56,086 nt of DNA from an uncultured Rikenellaceae bacterium (GCA_964612275.1 CAZTES010000003.1:2834-58919), one strand, 5' to 3'; shown: positions 27,404 to 36,959, counted from the first letter of the stretch. Notes: generated from the letters alone by a model not told the origin. Numbers and translations: made by a program.

Positions 27404-28161
27404 TGATACGTTGTATTGCAATTGATGATGAACCCCTGGCCCTGGATCTGATCCGGGATTATGCAGAACGCATACCTTTTCTTTCACTGGAAGGACTTTT
27501 TGAGAGTGGGATGGAAGTCCTGGACTGGTTTCAGAACCATCAGGTTGATCTGATCTTTCTTGATATCATGATGCCTGATATCACCGGTATTCAGTTCATG
27601 GAAGTGATGGATAACAGGCCCCTGGTTGTGTTTACCACTGCCTATGATCAGTATGCACTGAAGGGATTTGAACTCGATGTGGTGGATTATTTGCTAAAGC
27701 CCATTTCTTTCGATCGGTTTTTAAAGGCAGTACTCAAAGTCCAGGACAAATTGCTTTCTGAAAAACCGGGAAGTACAAATCAATCAGCCACTCAAGGGAT
27801 TATTTCGTCCCATGAAAAGGGATACATTTTTATCCGGACTGAGGGACACCTGAAAAAAATTGATCTGCAATCCATCTATTATATTGAAGGGATGAAGGAC
27901 TACCTTTCCATCCACACCAAGGAAGGCAGGATCATGACCCTGATGAATTTCCGGAATATGCTGGACCTTTTGCCAAAAGAGCGGTTCATACGGACACACC
28001 GATCCTTCATTATTCATGTGGATTGCATTGACAGGGTAGAATCGAAAGTGGTGATCATTAATGATAAAAGGATCCCGATAGGCAATGCTTACCGGGACGG
28101 TTTTCTTGAAATGATCAGGAATATACAGAATAATTCTTCGCATCATGTTGAAGAAAAATGA
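27403..28161 (+). CDS. LytTR-family response regulator
   Basis: IAIDDEPLA, FLDIMMP, FTTAY, DYLLKP; LytTR domain FIRTHRSFII. TAATG coupling to the kinase. Confidence 0.95.
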   Translation: MIRCIAIDDEPLALDLIRDYAERIPFLSLEGLFESGMEVLDWFQNHQVDLIFLDIMMPDITGIQFMEVMDNRPLVVFTTAYDQYALKGFELDVVDYLLKPISFDRFLKAVLKVQDKLLSEKPGSTNQSATQGIISSHEKGYIFIRTEGHLKKIDLQSIYYIEGMKDYLSIHTKEGRIMTLMNFRNMLDLLPKERFIRTHRSFIIHVDCIDRVESKVVIINDKRIPIGNAYRDGFLEMIRNIQNNSSHHVEEK

Positions 28162-29068
28162 ATATCGTGGTAAAGGTTTCACAGGGAAAATTCTTCCAGC
28201 CTGCCTGATCATCATCCAGATTTATTTTGGTTGTAAAGGTTACATTACTGCAGGTGAAATTCATGATGCTGTTAAGATGGGAGATTTAGATAAGGTAAAA
28301 CTGATCCTTACTGCTGACCCAAATCTGATAGACACCCCGGATATCATTGGGCATACTCCCTTGAGTTTGTCAGCTACATATGCCCGGTGGGATATATTTC
28401 AGTTTCTTCTGGAAGCAGGAGCAGACGTACATATCATAACCAGATCAAATACTACTGTAGCCCATTCGGTCTGCCAGCACAACTGTCCGGATATGCTGGA
28501 ACTTCTACTTCAAAAAGGAGGACCTCCCTGCCTGAAGATCAGAGATGTTTACGGTGAGTACACACCCATGTTGCGGGCGGTTCAGCGGGGGTGCAAAGAT
28601 GTGATCGCATACCTTCTTGAAAACGGCTCAAGACCTGATGAATCGACCAGGGAGGGCTGGAATGCATTGCATCTTGCAGCAAAATGCGGTCACCGGCATC
28701 TTTATGATCTACTCATTGATAAGGGGGTATCGCCGGATGCGAAAGACAATGAGGGAAAAACCCCGATGGAGTATGATTTTAAAAGACCCGATCCCATTCC
28801 CATCGATCTGAAACTATTTGAGGAGTATATTGGTCGATATACCTGGGAGGGAGCAACTGAGGGACTGGGAATAAGGATTTTTCTGGATGGAGAAACCCTG
28901 ATGCTTGATGATTATGGCCTTGATGAACTGTACCCGATAGGGGAAGACCTGTTTTATTGCAGCCAGAATCCCTGGACCCTTAAATTCTACAGAAATAATT
29001 CAGGTGAGGTTGACCGTGTAGAACTCACTTTCCTGCGTCGAAGTGTTATTGTAAACAAAATTTTTTGA
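28145..29068 (+). CDS. Ankyrin-repeat protein with C-terminal DUF3471-like beta domain
   Basis: GHTPLSLS, YTPMLRAV, GWNALHLAA, GKTP repeats; tail EEYIGRY...LYPIGEDLF...LKFYRNNSGEV. Confidence 0.85.
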   Translation: MLKKNEYRGKGFTGKILPACLIIIQIYFGCKGYITAGEIHDAVKMGDLDKVKLILTADPNLIDTPDIIGHTPLSLSATYARWDIFQFLLEAGADVHIITRSNTTVAHSVCQHNCPDMLELLLQKGGPPCLKIRDVYGEYTPMLRAVQRGCKDVIAYLLENGSRPDESTREGWNALHLAAKCGHRHLYDLLIDKGVSPDAKDNEGKTPMEYDFKRPDPIPIDLKLFEEYIGRYTWEGATEGLGIRIFLDGETLMLDDYGLDELYPIGEDLFYCSQNPWTLKFYRNNSGEVDRVELTFLRRSVIVNKIF

Positions 29069-29072
29069 TAAT

Positions 29073-29642
29073 ATGGAAATTATACGTTTTTTAACAGCAA
29101 GTATTTTTGTAATTCTTTACAGTTTTTTTGTATTCAGAATTATTATCCGCCGGGAGTACAAGAAAAATAAAAGCTTAAAATGGTTTATAACCCTCCTTCA
29201 AGTTTTGGTTTTTTTCTTTCATGGGTGTCTTTCCTACCTGTTTCTGCCTGCCAGTTGGTTTTCATTACCTTCTTTGTCTGAAAATGGCATTTTGAATTTG
29301 TTTGGTATAGTCCTGTTAGGAATTAGTTTATTTCTTATACTTGTTTCAATGGGATCATTAGGATATGCGAAAACGATAGGAGTAAAACTAGATAACCTGA
29401 AAGAAACCGGTTTTTACAGGTTCTCACGAAATCCACAGCTGATATTTTATACTTTTTTCTTAATTGGATTTGCTTTACTATACCCCTCCTGGTATTTCAT
29501 ACCCTGGATAGTGATTTACTTTATACTCGCTCATATGATGGTTGTGACTGAAGAAGAAAATCTTCAGAGAACATTTGGCAAATCCTTTGAAGATTATTGT
29601 CGCAGGGTACCCCGATACTTACGATTTCCTGGATTTAAATGA
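29073..29642 (+). CDS. Isoprenylcysteine carboxylmethyltransferase/PEMT-family membrane protein
   Basis: LKETGFYRFSRNPQ, EEENLQRTFGKSFEDYCRRVPRY. Confidence 0.85.
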   Translation: MEIIRFLTASIFVILYSFFVFRIIIRREYKKNKSLKWFITLLQVLVFFFHGCLSYLFLPASWFSLPSLSENGILNLFGIVLLGISLFLILVSMGSLGYAKTIGVKLDNLKETGFYRFSRNPQLIFYTFFLIGFALLYPSWYFIPWIVIYFILAHMMVVTEEENLQRTFGKSFEDYCRRVPRYLRFPGFK

Positions 29643-29770
29643 AAACCAGCAAATTTAGTAAACAAACTGACACAATATCGGATTTACTAAGAAGCAAATA
29701 TTTTTTCCGCTGCCTGATTCTCTGGTATCTCATGCTGGTTAATTAGCATATGAAAGGATTAACAAGATAT

Positions 29771-30868
29771 TCAATCCTTATCATTCCTCTTAATGAAATT
29801 AATAAGATCTGTGTCAGGTTCCTTATGCCGCCCCCAGGATTTAATATGAGTCAACGTGGTGTGGGTAAATATCCAGTTGATAAAAGGTATTCTGTTCAAT
29901 AAATGAAAAATGTAGTATGAAATAAAAATCGCAGGATACCAGAAAAGGATATCAATCAAATCACTTATCCAACTGCCTTTCAAATCATCCATGCCAGGCA
30001 AGTAATTATTTAGGTATGTCAACAGATAGACAGAAACCGGTAATACCGCAATAAAATAGAGTAACACACCCCATGATTGTCCCATGTCAATTGCATTATG
30101 GGGGCAAATGGAAGCGCATTTCATGCAACTCTCACACCGGTACGTCCAGAATGGTTTGGGGTTCTTTTTACCCCTCAGTTCTATTCCTCCGAATGGACAA
30201 TTGTGCACACAGATACCACATGCATTGCAGTTTGAATTGGCAATGAAAAGCTTAGAATGGAAAAAACGTCCGATGAATACATATCCTGCTGAAACCAGTG
30301 AGAGGAGGATCCCATCGGTTATTTCATAGAGGTTATTCAGGGTAAACCAGACTTTCTTCCCGGAAAAAACTTTTGATGTAAAACTGGTAACTCTTTTCCG
30401 GGAACGGTTAAGAATCTCTTTCTGCCTTTTAATCCGTTGAATTGGATGCACCAGGTACCAGTTAGACGGCATATCGACACTCATTACACCGCGGACTTTG
30501 TACCCTTTTAATGCCAGTATCAGTGCGACTATAAATGTTCCGCTACCACTCATACCGGGAAAAATCACACGTCCTATTTTCAGGGATGCTCTTGTGGCAA
30601 TACAGAACGCATGAGCAGTATTTGTTCGGGGCAGTCGACAAACAAATTTCAGGATTTCCCATGGCATGGTAAATCCATGGGTGGGAAATACAATCCCAAC
30701 GATTTTATTATTCGTTTTTCCATCCAGATCCTCCTTCCTGACCATCCTGGTAAAAAGAACCTTAGCCTTTGATGTGAATTTTTCAGCATTGTCCTCAATC
30801 CATTTCGAAACCCGGTAAGAGTTACCCGTTCCACTCATGAAATAGATAATTGCGTTTTCGTACAACAT
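29771..30868 (-). CDS. EFR1-family flavodoxin-fold/4Fe-4S ferredoxin with C-terminal TM segments
   Basis: YFMSGTGNS, FPTHGF, MPSNW; CxxCxxCxxxCP twice (CNACGICVHNCP, CESCMKCASICP). Confidence 0.88.
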   Translation of the reverse strand: MLYENAIIYFMSGTGNSYRVSKWIEDNAEKFTSKAKVLFTRMVRKEDLDGKTNNKIVGIVFPTHGFTMPWEILKFVCRLPRTNTAHAFCIATRASLKIGRVIFPGMSGSGTFIVALILALKGYKVRGVMSVDMPSNWYLVHPIQRIKRQKEILNRSRKRVTSFTSKVFSGKKVWFTLNNLYEITDGILLSLVSAGYVFIGRFFHSKLFIANSNCNACGICVHNCPFGGIELRGKKNPKPFWTYRCESCMKCASICPHNAIDMGQSWGVLLYFIAVLPVSVYLLTYLNNYLPGMDDLKGSWISDLIDILFWYPAIFISYYIFHLLNRIPFINWIFTHTTLTHIKSWGRHKEPDTDLINFIKRNDKD

Positions 30869-30963
30869 TGTATCAAACAAAGAATAAGTTGTTACAATTC
30901 CAATCAAGTGTCAGACGACTACATTTTGCTTTTTACCCATTCATTATTATAACAAAAAGGATA

Positions 30964-32349
30964 TCACTGGAATTCAGGTATTGGATTTTTTGAAAAATCA
31001 GGTTGTACACCCTGATAAAGCTCGTCCTTTTGTAACCTTTGGATGGATAAATAAATATAGGCTAACGGCATTTCAACAACAATCCCACTGTATGGAAGTG
31101 TCAGTTTAACTGGGCTTAATCCACTTCCGATGCATGTTCCTCCGGTCCCCTCCCCAACAAAGATAACATCCGATTTCGCCTTGAGAAGTGCAGCAAACAT
31201 GGTTGCAGCAGAGAATGTATTATGGTCAATTAATACGGTAATTTGGACTTCTTCCTGCGGACTCAACCGATGCGGTTTCCGGGGCTTTAATTCACGGTGG
31301 AGGGTGTAATACCTCTTTTCCCCTTTCTTACGGGTGATCATATGGCGAAACCGGTAGAACTGATCTTTCTGAATAAAGTGATCATAGGTTACTTTATCCA
31401 TGCTTTTCAATTCAACAGATTTAAAAAAGGTAAAGGTTGAATCGATAATGAATGAGGCAAGATACCCTGCCATATGAACGCTTCCTCCCTGGTTTCCACG
31501 AATATCGATGATTATCTCTTCACAGTTTTTCTCCCCGGTTTCCTTAAAGAAATTCTTAATGTAGGATTTGTAATGGATATCGTTCGCCTTCAATACTTTT
31601 GTATAAAAAGTCGGTAATCTCAAATAAGCTGAACCCCCTTCATTTATTTCCATGGCCATTCCTTCTCCTATCCCTCCTTTGTTCATTAATTTTTCCTTTT
31701 TGGTCTTTGCTGGGATAGCTTTTCTTATTGTGTCTCCTGTTGGTGATCTAAGTTCCAGGTTAACTGTCGATTTGCAATCAAAGTATCTTTTGTAAAGTAT
31801 GGGGAAATCAGATTGTACTCTGAACAGTTTTGCAGATTCATTGTACCCGTCTGTGGAGATTCGCTGTACCAGGGCATTCACGATATCACGGACAGGAGTG
31901 TCATCTATTGTAACGATCTCTCTGTAATCCGGAGGGACAGCAATCGTGCTGTCGAACCAATCACAAACATATAATTTAATATCCTTCAACTCAACAGAAA
32001 ACGGAAGGAAATATTTGCTCAATGGTGTTGGAGAATAGGCAACCGTATGGCCACATCGAACAAAACCGGTTATTTCACTGATGTGAAACAACCATTCCCG
32101 GAGAGTCAGGCTATCGGATTGCTTGATCACCAAATTAAGACTGTCAATTTTTAAGTTGATCTCGGGTGTGCTCCGGTACAATGTGAAACCGGGATGCAGC
32201 TCCTCGAATGTTGCTTGCACAATTTGGAGTTCCTCAACTACTTCCTGCTTTGACAGGTTTTGGGAAAGGCTCCCTGTACGAAGAATGAAAGAGAAGAAAA
32301 TGCAGTATGAGATTTTTAAATTCATTTTCAGAAGAGAGGGTAAGATCAT
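30964..32349 (-). CDS. S41-family peptidase
   Basis: ELHPG, CGHT, IIDIRGNQGG, TFSAA, VGEGTGG, GVQPD. Confidence 0.87.
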   Translation of the reverse strand: MILPSLLKMNLKISYCIFFSFILRTGSLSQNLSKQEVVEELQIVQATFEELHPGFTLYRSTPEINLKIDSLNLVIKQSDSLTLREWLFHISEITGFVRCGHTVAYSPTPLSKYFLPFSVELKDIKLYVCDWFDSTIAVPPDYREIVTIDDTPVRDIVNALVQRISTDGYNESAKLFRVQSDFPILYKRYFDCKSTVNLELRSPTGDTIRKAIPAKTKKEKLMNKGGIGEGMAMEINEGGSAYLRLPTFYTKVLKANDIHYKSYIKNFFKETGEKNCEEIIIDIRGNQGGSVHMAGYLASFIIDSTFTFFKSVELKSMDKVTYDHFIQKDQFYRFRHMITRKKGEKRYYTLHRELKPRKPHRLSPQEEVQITVLIDHNTFSAATMFAALLKAKSDVIFVGEGTGGTCIGSGLSPVKLTLPYSGIVVEMPLAYIYLSIQRLQKDELYQGVQPDFSKNPIPEFQ

Positions 32350-32385
32350 CCCATCCTTATAATCTGTTTTTCCAGTTACCAGAAA

Positions 32386-33207
32386 TTAAGCAATTACCCC
32401 GAAAGAAGAATAAATCGGGAGAATAATCAATAAATCAGCTCCTGCATGAAAGAAAAGTGATGCGATGATGCTTTTTGTGTAGTGCATCAGAAATCCCCAG
32501 ATCAATCCAAGCAGGAATACGATTCCGGAAAAAATGACTGCATCCGATGTATAGGTGACTTGCAGATGTGCAGCACCGAATACGAAAGCGGTTAAAAATA
32601 TTGCCCAGAATGGTGTAAAAAGATCATTCAATTGTTTCAAAAATATGCCCCTGAAAAGCAACTCTTCCATAAAAGCATTGGAAAAAACAAACAGCAAAAT
32701 CCATAGGATGTTTCTTTTCAGAAAGTTTGATTCAACGGGTTGTTCCACAGTATTTAATGCAAAGTATCCCATTAGAATAAAGGAAATTAAACCGATGATT
32801 ATACCCAGACTGAATCTGCCTTTGTGTAGGTATATCTCTCTCAGTTTGTAGCCTCCCAGTAGAAAGGAGATGATCAATACCAGACTGATGAAGAAACTGT
32901 CGCTCAGTTTGATTAAGGCTATACTCCTGGCACTTTCTAAATTAAGGTTCCATAACTCAGCAGTGAAAAATGATACAATGAAAAAGGCGAGGTTTATGAC
33001 CATCAGGGTGAATGCCAGGTTTTTGAAATGGGCCTGCTTCTTCCATTTAGAGAAACTCCATGCTGCAAAAAACAAAAGGGTTAATCCGATCCGTAAAACC
33101 ATCAGCACCCTGTCCGAAATTTTGCCGATAAATGTCATGTTCAGCAAAAAAACTGCCATCACAATCAGCAAAACAAAAAAGAATGCCGGGATCTTTTTTT
33201 TCTTCAT
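32386..33207 (-). CDS. CPBP/Abi-family intramembrane glutamic endopeptidase
   Basis: MEELLFRG, FGAAH, HAGAD motifs; multiple TM helices. The start may be as far upstream as 33297. Confidence 0.9.
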   Translation of the reverse strand: MKKKKIPAFFFVLLIVMAVFLLNMTFIGKISDRVLMVLRIGLTLLFFAAWSFSKWKKQAHFKNLAFTLMVINLAFFIVSFFTAELWNLNLESARSIALIKLSDSFFISLVLIISFLLGGYKLREIYLHKGRFSLGIIIGLISFILMGYFALNTVEQPVESNFLKRNILWILLFVFSNAFMEELLFRGIFLKQLNDLFTPFWAIFLTAFVFGAAHLQVTYTSDAVIFSGIVFLLGLIWGFLMHYTKSIIASLFFHAGADLLIILPIYSSFGVIA

Positions 33208-33314
33208 AAGTAATTTTCTGTTGTTTTTTTGATTTTCATCTGGGTTAAAATATTTAAAAAAAAACATCCCATCTTGTTCCTCCTTTTTTTTATTCATCTG
33301 TCTGGCTCAACGCA

Positions 33315-33515
33315 TTAACTTTTTGCATTTCTCCATTGTATATAAGATCCGGAAGTTAATAAAACAAATAAAACGCTGACCGTTATGAATATGATTTTGC
33401 CGGCGGTATCATCAGGGTGCCTGATGAAGTACCTGATTGTTCCGCTAATTTGCAGAATGGAGCCGATAGTCATTGCAATTGCAATTCCAAGGTAAAAGTT
33501 CTGTTTTTTTTTCAT
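33315..33515 (-). CDS. Small two-TM membrane protein
   Basis: MKKKQNFYLGIAIAM...; two hydrophobic helices; co-oriented with the CPBP gene. Confidence 0.6.
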   Translation of the reverse strand: MKKKQNFYLGIAIAMTIGSILQISGTIRYFIRHPDDTAGKIIFITVSVLFVLLTSGSYIQWRNAKS

Positions 33516-33712
33516 AGTATTCAATTTTTTAGTTATTTAAGCCATACCTTGCCTAGTCCGCCATAAAACAAACAATTGTCCTATCCTGATCCAGGATAAA
33601 AAGGATCCGTGATGAGAATGGCTCAAATTAGGGTGAATAGTTGAAAGTAAAAAATAAAATATACCAAACGAATACCAGGTTATGCCAACCGGGAATTCGG
33701 GTATAGAGGAAA

Positions 33713-33785
33713 GTTTATCGATGTATCGCTAATGAACATCTTTCCATCTGATCATCTGGTCGATTCCATGAGCTACTATGTTGTC
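33713..33785. promoter_or_regulatory. Second copy of the element found upstream of lytS/lytTR
   Basis: GTTTATCGAT-N27-GATCATCTGGTCGATT-N15-TTGTC, versus GTTTATCGAT-N27-GATCATTTGGTCGATT-N14-TTGTC at 26257. Confidence 0.55.
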
Positions 33786-34047
33786 ATTTGTTATTTACTA
33801 TTGATTCAATACTCTTGCCACAACACAGTTCGTCAAATTCCTTAAGGATCTCCTCTTTTTTCTCATTGGAGAGCTTGTATTTGCAACACCAGCAATCCTC
33901 ACGTTCCTGGCAATGAGATCCTTTATCCAATTCTTTTCGTACTGATTTATCCTTAAGTTTACGGTCTTTATACCTTTTAAAAAACAGTAAAGTGAGTTCT
34001 AAAACTATCAGGGAAGCAGCGATACACAATAACCACAGGTAATTCAT
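33784..34047 (-). CDS. Small membrane-anchored Cys-rich protein
   Basis: N-terminal TM helix, then CQEREDCWCCKY...CC. A minus-strand TATGTTTG -7 box lies at 34144-34151. Confidence 0.55.
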   Translation of the reverse strand: MNYLWLLCIAASLIVLELTLLFFKRYKDRKLKDKSVRKELDKGSHCQEREDCWCCKYKLSNEKKEEILKEFDELCCGKSIESIVNNK

Positions 34048-34329
34048 ATTATCAGTTTATAATGAGATTTACCGGCTCAAACTTTATGGTTGAGGCTGAT
34101 CCAACCAAATCGAAATTCCTGCACATCCGGGTTGTTCTATTTACAAACATAATCAATTATTTAATATATAAAGATCCTTTTATCTAAAATATAACGATTT
34201 TTTGATAATCCGTGAACCTGGTTCTCCAGGTGATTGGCTTTGCATTCCCTATTTGGTAACCTTTTGATACACCCCCCTACGGAATGTTGTCATTGATATT
34301 TTTGAAGATTAATATACCAACCTGAGTAA

Positions 34330-34578
34330 TCAAAGAAGATAATCGAACGGGTAAGGATATAAGACCTCCCCTCCGTTATCAGTTATCCGATATACATCCT
34401 CAAAACGGACCCCGCCGACTCCGGGAACAGCCAGTATAGTATGTCCGACGGTTACCGTCATGTTGTTTCTGAATTTTGTTTTGCTATGGGGTGGGATGAT
34501 GGTTGAAGCCGGGTTTTCCTCAAAACGCAATCCATTCCCGTGGGATATTCCTTTTATGTGATAGTCTTCCAATCCATC
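34330..34578 (-). pseudogene. C-terminal fragment of an M24 (Xaa-Pro aminopeptidase-like) peptidase
   Basis: GLEDYHIKGISHGNGL..EENP...GVGGVRFEDVYRITDNGGEVL matches the M24 C-terminus. There is an in-frame stop about 14 codons upstream and no N-terminal part. Confidence 0.75.
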
Positions 34579-34662
34579 TTGAGCAGAACAGTACGGTGAT
34601 ACAGGAGAAATACATTATCTTTAAGGGAACGTTAATTTTTCGATAAATCAACACATTGAGTC

Positions 34663-36468
34663 ATGAAACACCCCATCGTTTTCAACAACACCTTCCTGAT
34701 ATTTTTGTTCTTCTTTTTCAGTTTTGCATCAATGGGTCAGGGCAGATCCGCTGATCAGCCTCCCAACCTGGTGATCATATTTACCGATGACCTGGGATAT
34801 GGGGATCTGGGTGTTTACGGACACCCGACCATCCGGACTCCAAGCCTGGATAAGATGGCTCAGGAAGGCATGCGGTTCACACAATTTTATGTTGCAGCAT
34901 CAGTTTGTACACCCAGCCGTGCAGCCCTCATGACCGGTCGATATCCTCTCCGTACCGGCTTGGTGGGAGGGCTCCTACCGGGACGTGTACTCTTCCCGAA
35001 TGACAGGGTGGGGCTGCCTTCCGAGGAGGTTACTATTGCAGAGGTGCTCAAGCAGCGTGAATACGCTACGATGGCGATTGGAAAGTGGCACCTCGGTCAC
35101 CTCCCCGAATTTTTACCGACAACCCAGGGTTTTGACACCTTTTTCGGTCTGCCCTATTCGAACGACATGGACTACATTGCACCCCCCCGGGACGGGAAGC
35201 CTGGATACTGGAACGTTCCCCTTATCCGGGATACTGTTATTATTGAGCGGCCGGCAGAACAGACTACTCTCACGAAACGGTATACTGAGGAAGCGGTTCG
35301 TTTTATTCATGAAAATGCAGACGGACCCTTCTTTCTTTATCTTGCTCATACGATGCCCCATGTCCCCTTGTTCGCTTCGCCGGATTTTTTTGATACCAGT
35401 GCACGCGGGCTTTACGGGGACGTGGTGGAAGAGATCGACTGGAGTGTGGGGGAGGTGTTGAAGGCAATCCGGGAGACGGGCAATGCAGAAAATACGCTTG
35501 TCATTTTCACCAGCGACAATGGACCATGGCTTGTGCAGGGGTTTAACGGGGGGTCAGCCGGATTGTTGCGTGAAGGCAAAGGAACAACATGGGAAGGGGG
35601 GATGCGTGAACCCATGATTGCCTGGTGGCCGGGCACAATCCCTTCGGGTGTGACCTCACATGAGATTGTCAGCTCGTTGGACCTGTTACCAACTGCTGCA
35701 GCTCTTGCAGGAATCTCCCCTCCGGATCGGGAGCTTGACGGATTCAACATTCTTCCCTCTCTGAAGGGTGAAGCAGAGTCGCCACGCGATTTTTTTGCCT
35801 ACTACCGTGGCGACCGGGTTTATGCCGCCCGGCTTGGCCCATGGAAAGCTCACTTCATCACACAGACTGCTTACCCGGATGGTCCACCTGTTCCGCATGA
35901 CCCACCCCTGCTTTACCAGCTTAACCAGGATCCGGGCGAACATTTTGACCTTTCATCAAAATACCCGGAAATTATCGAAGAAATGTATGCAAGGATGGAA
36001 AAGCACTATGCATACGTTGGTCGTACCCGGATACCCACAATTGAAGCAGAATCGTTGATAGACAGAACAAGGGGGACGGGTGGCTCACTGCGCGTGCAGG
36101 ATATGTCATCATTTAAAGGAATATGGGGAGGTAATGCCCAATTGTGGTGGGTTGAAGCTTCCCCGGGCGACCGGCTGACAATACCATTGGAAGTACCCGA
36201 GAGCGGCACATACGATGTTGCCGGCTTCTTTACCCGCGCCCGTGACTACGGTATATTCAAGCTCCAGGTCAACGGACAACCGGTCGGGGAACTGGTGGAT
36301 GGATATGCATCGACGGTGGAACCAACCGGACGTATTTCATTCGGCAGGGTGGAAATGAAGGAAGGAGTAAATGAGCTGGTGCTGGAACTGATCGGTAAGG
36401 ATGTACGATCAGCAGGCTATTCCGGTGGCTACCTGGTGGGTATCGATGGCTTCCTTCTACGGAAATAA
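34663..36468 (+). CDS. Cys-type S1 sulfatase (arylsulfatase A-like) fused to a C-terminal CBM-like beta-sandwich
   Basis: DDLGYGD, CTPSRAALMTGR, GKWHLG, SDNG, GKGTTWEGG; extra C-terminal domain IEAESL...LWW...TRARDYGIF...GIDGF. Confidence 0.92.
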   Translation: MKHPIVFNNTFLIFLFFFFSFASMGQGRSADQPPNLVIIFTDDLGYGDLGVYGHPTIRTPSLDKMAQEGMRFTQFYVAASVCTPSRAALMTGRYPLRTGLVGGLLPGRVLFPNDRVGLPSEEVTIAEVLKQREYATMAIGKWHLGHLPEFLPTTQGFDTFFGLPYSNDMDYIAPPRDGKPGYWNVPLIRDTVIIERPAEQTTLTKRYTEEAVRFIHENADGPFFLYLAHTMPHVPLFASPDFFDTSARGLYGDVVEEIDWSVGEVLKAIRETGNAENTLVIFTSDNGPWLVQGFNGGSAGLLREGKGTTWEGGMREPMIAWWPGTIPSGVTSHEIVSSLDLLPTAAALAGISPPDRELDGFNILPSLKGEAESPRDFFAYYRGDRVYAARLGPWKAHFITQTAYPDGPPVPHDPPLLYQLNQDPGEHFDLSSKYPEIIEEMYARMEKHYAYVGRTRIPTIEAESLIDRTRGTGGSLRVQDMSSFKGIWGGNAQLWWVEASPGDRLTIPLEVPESGTYDVAGFFTRARDYGIFKLQVNGQPVGELVDGYASTVEPTGRISFGRVEMKEGVNELVLELIGKDVRSAGYSGGYLVGIDGFLLRK

Positions 36469-36532
36469 CAGGGTGATCCGCTGATCTATTTAACTAATAT
36501 TGCTAGCGTCGTGTCAGGAGGGAAGTGGTGGT

Positions 36533-36564
36533 CGTCATGGTGAACTTGCCTGCAGGCAGGTAGG
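36533..36564. repeat. Partial GTCATGCTGAACTTG REP-like unit cut by a footed mini-hairpin
   Basis: GTCATGGTGAACTTG is followed directly by CCTGCAGGCAGGTAGG (reverse strand: CCTA CCTGCC TGCAGG). Confidence 0.5.
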
Positions 36565-36598
36565 GGGTTGAAGATTTAATACTTCAAATTGGAAATTC

Positions 36599-36824
36599 AA
36601 CCCCTTTAGGGTTGGAAATAGTCAGTGATTAAGGACCACCGGTTCGCACCGGCGGTTATTTATTATAGATTAATATTAGCTCCATAGGAGCGACACCCTT
36701 TTAGCCCAGGGTAACCCTGTGAAATAAAATGCGTCGTTGAAACGAGAGATTTGGATAATAAAATAACTTATTGTTTTCACGACCTGGCATATAAAGTGTC
36801 TATTTCACAGGGGCAACCCTGGGT
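36599..36824. repeat. REP-like cluster
   Basis: AACCCCTTTAGGGTT; ACCACCGGTTCGCACCGGCGGT; GCTCCATAGGAGC; CCCAGGG...CCCTGGG. Confidence 0.65.
36715..36816. mobile_element. MITE-like element of about 100 bp with 12-bp perfect terminal inverted repeats, inserted in a REP hairpin loop
   Basis: CCCTGTGAAATA (36715-36726) and TATTTCACAGGG (36801-36812) plus a GCAA tail. Removal restores CCCAGGG-TAA-CCCTGGG. Confidence 0.65.
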
Positions 36825-36959
36825 ATAATGTAACAAAGTAAACGGGCCAAATGCTATTTTTTTAAACGGGAAATCGTTTCATGGACCGAAATTCTGCCAT
36901 ACGTTCCTATTCGTTATCTTTATCCTATTAATGATGAAATTTCAATAAATATAAAAAAC

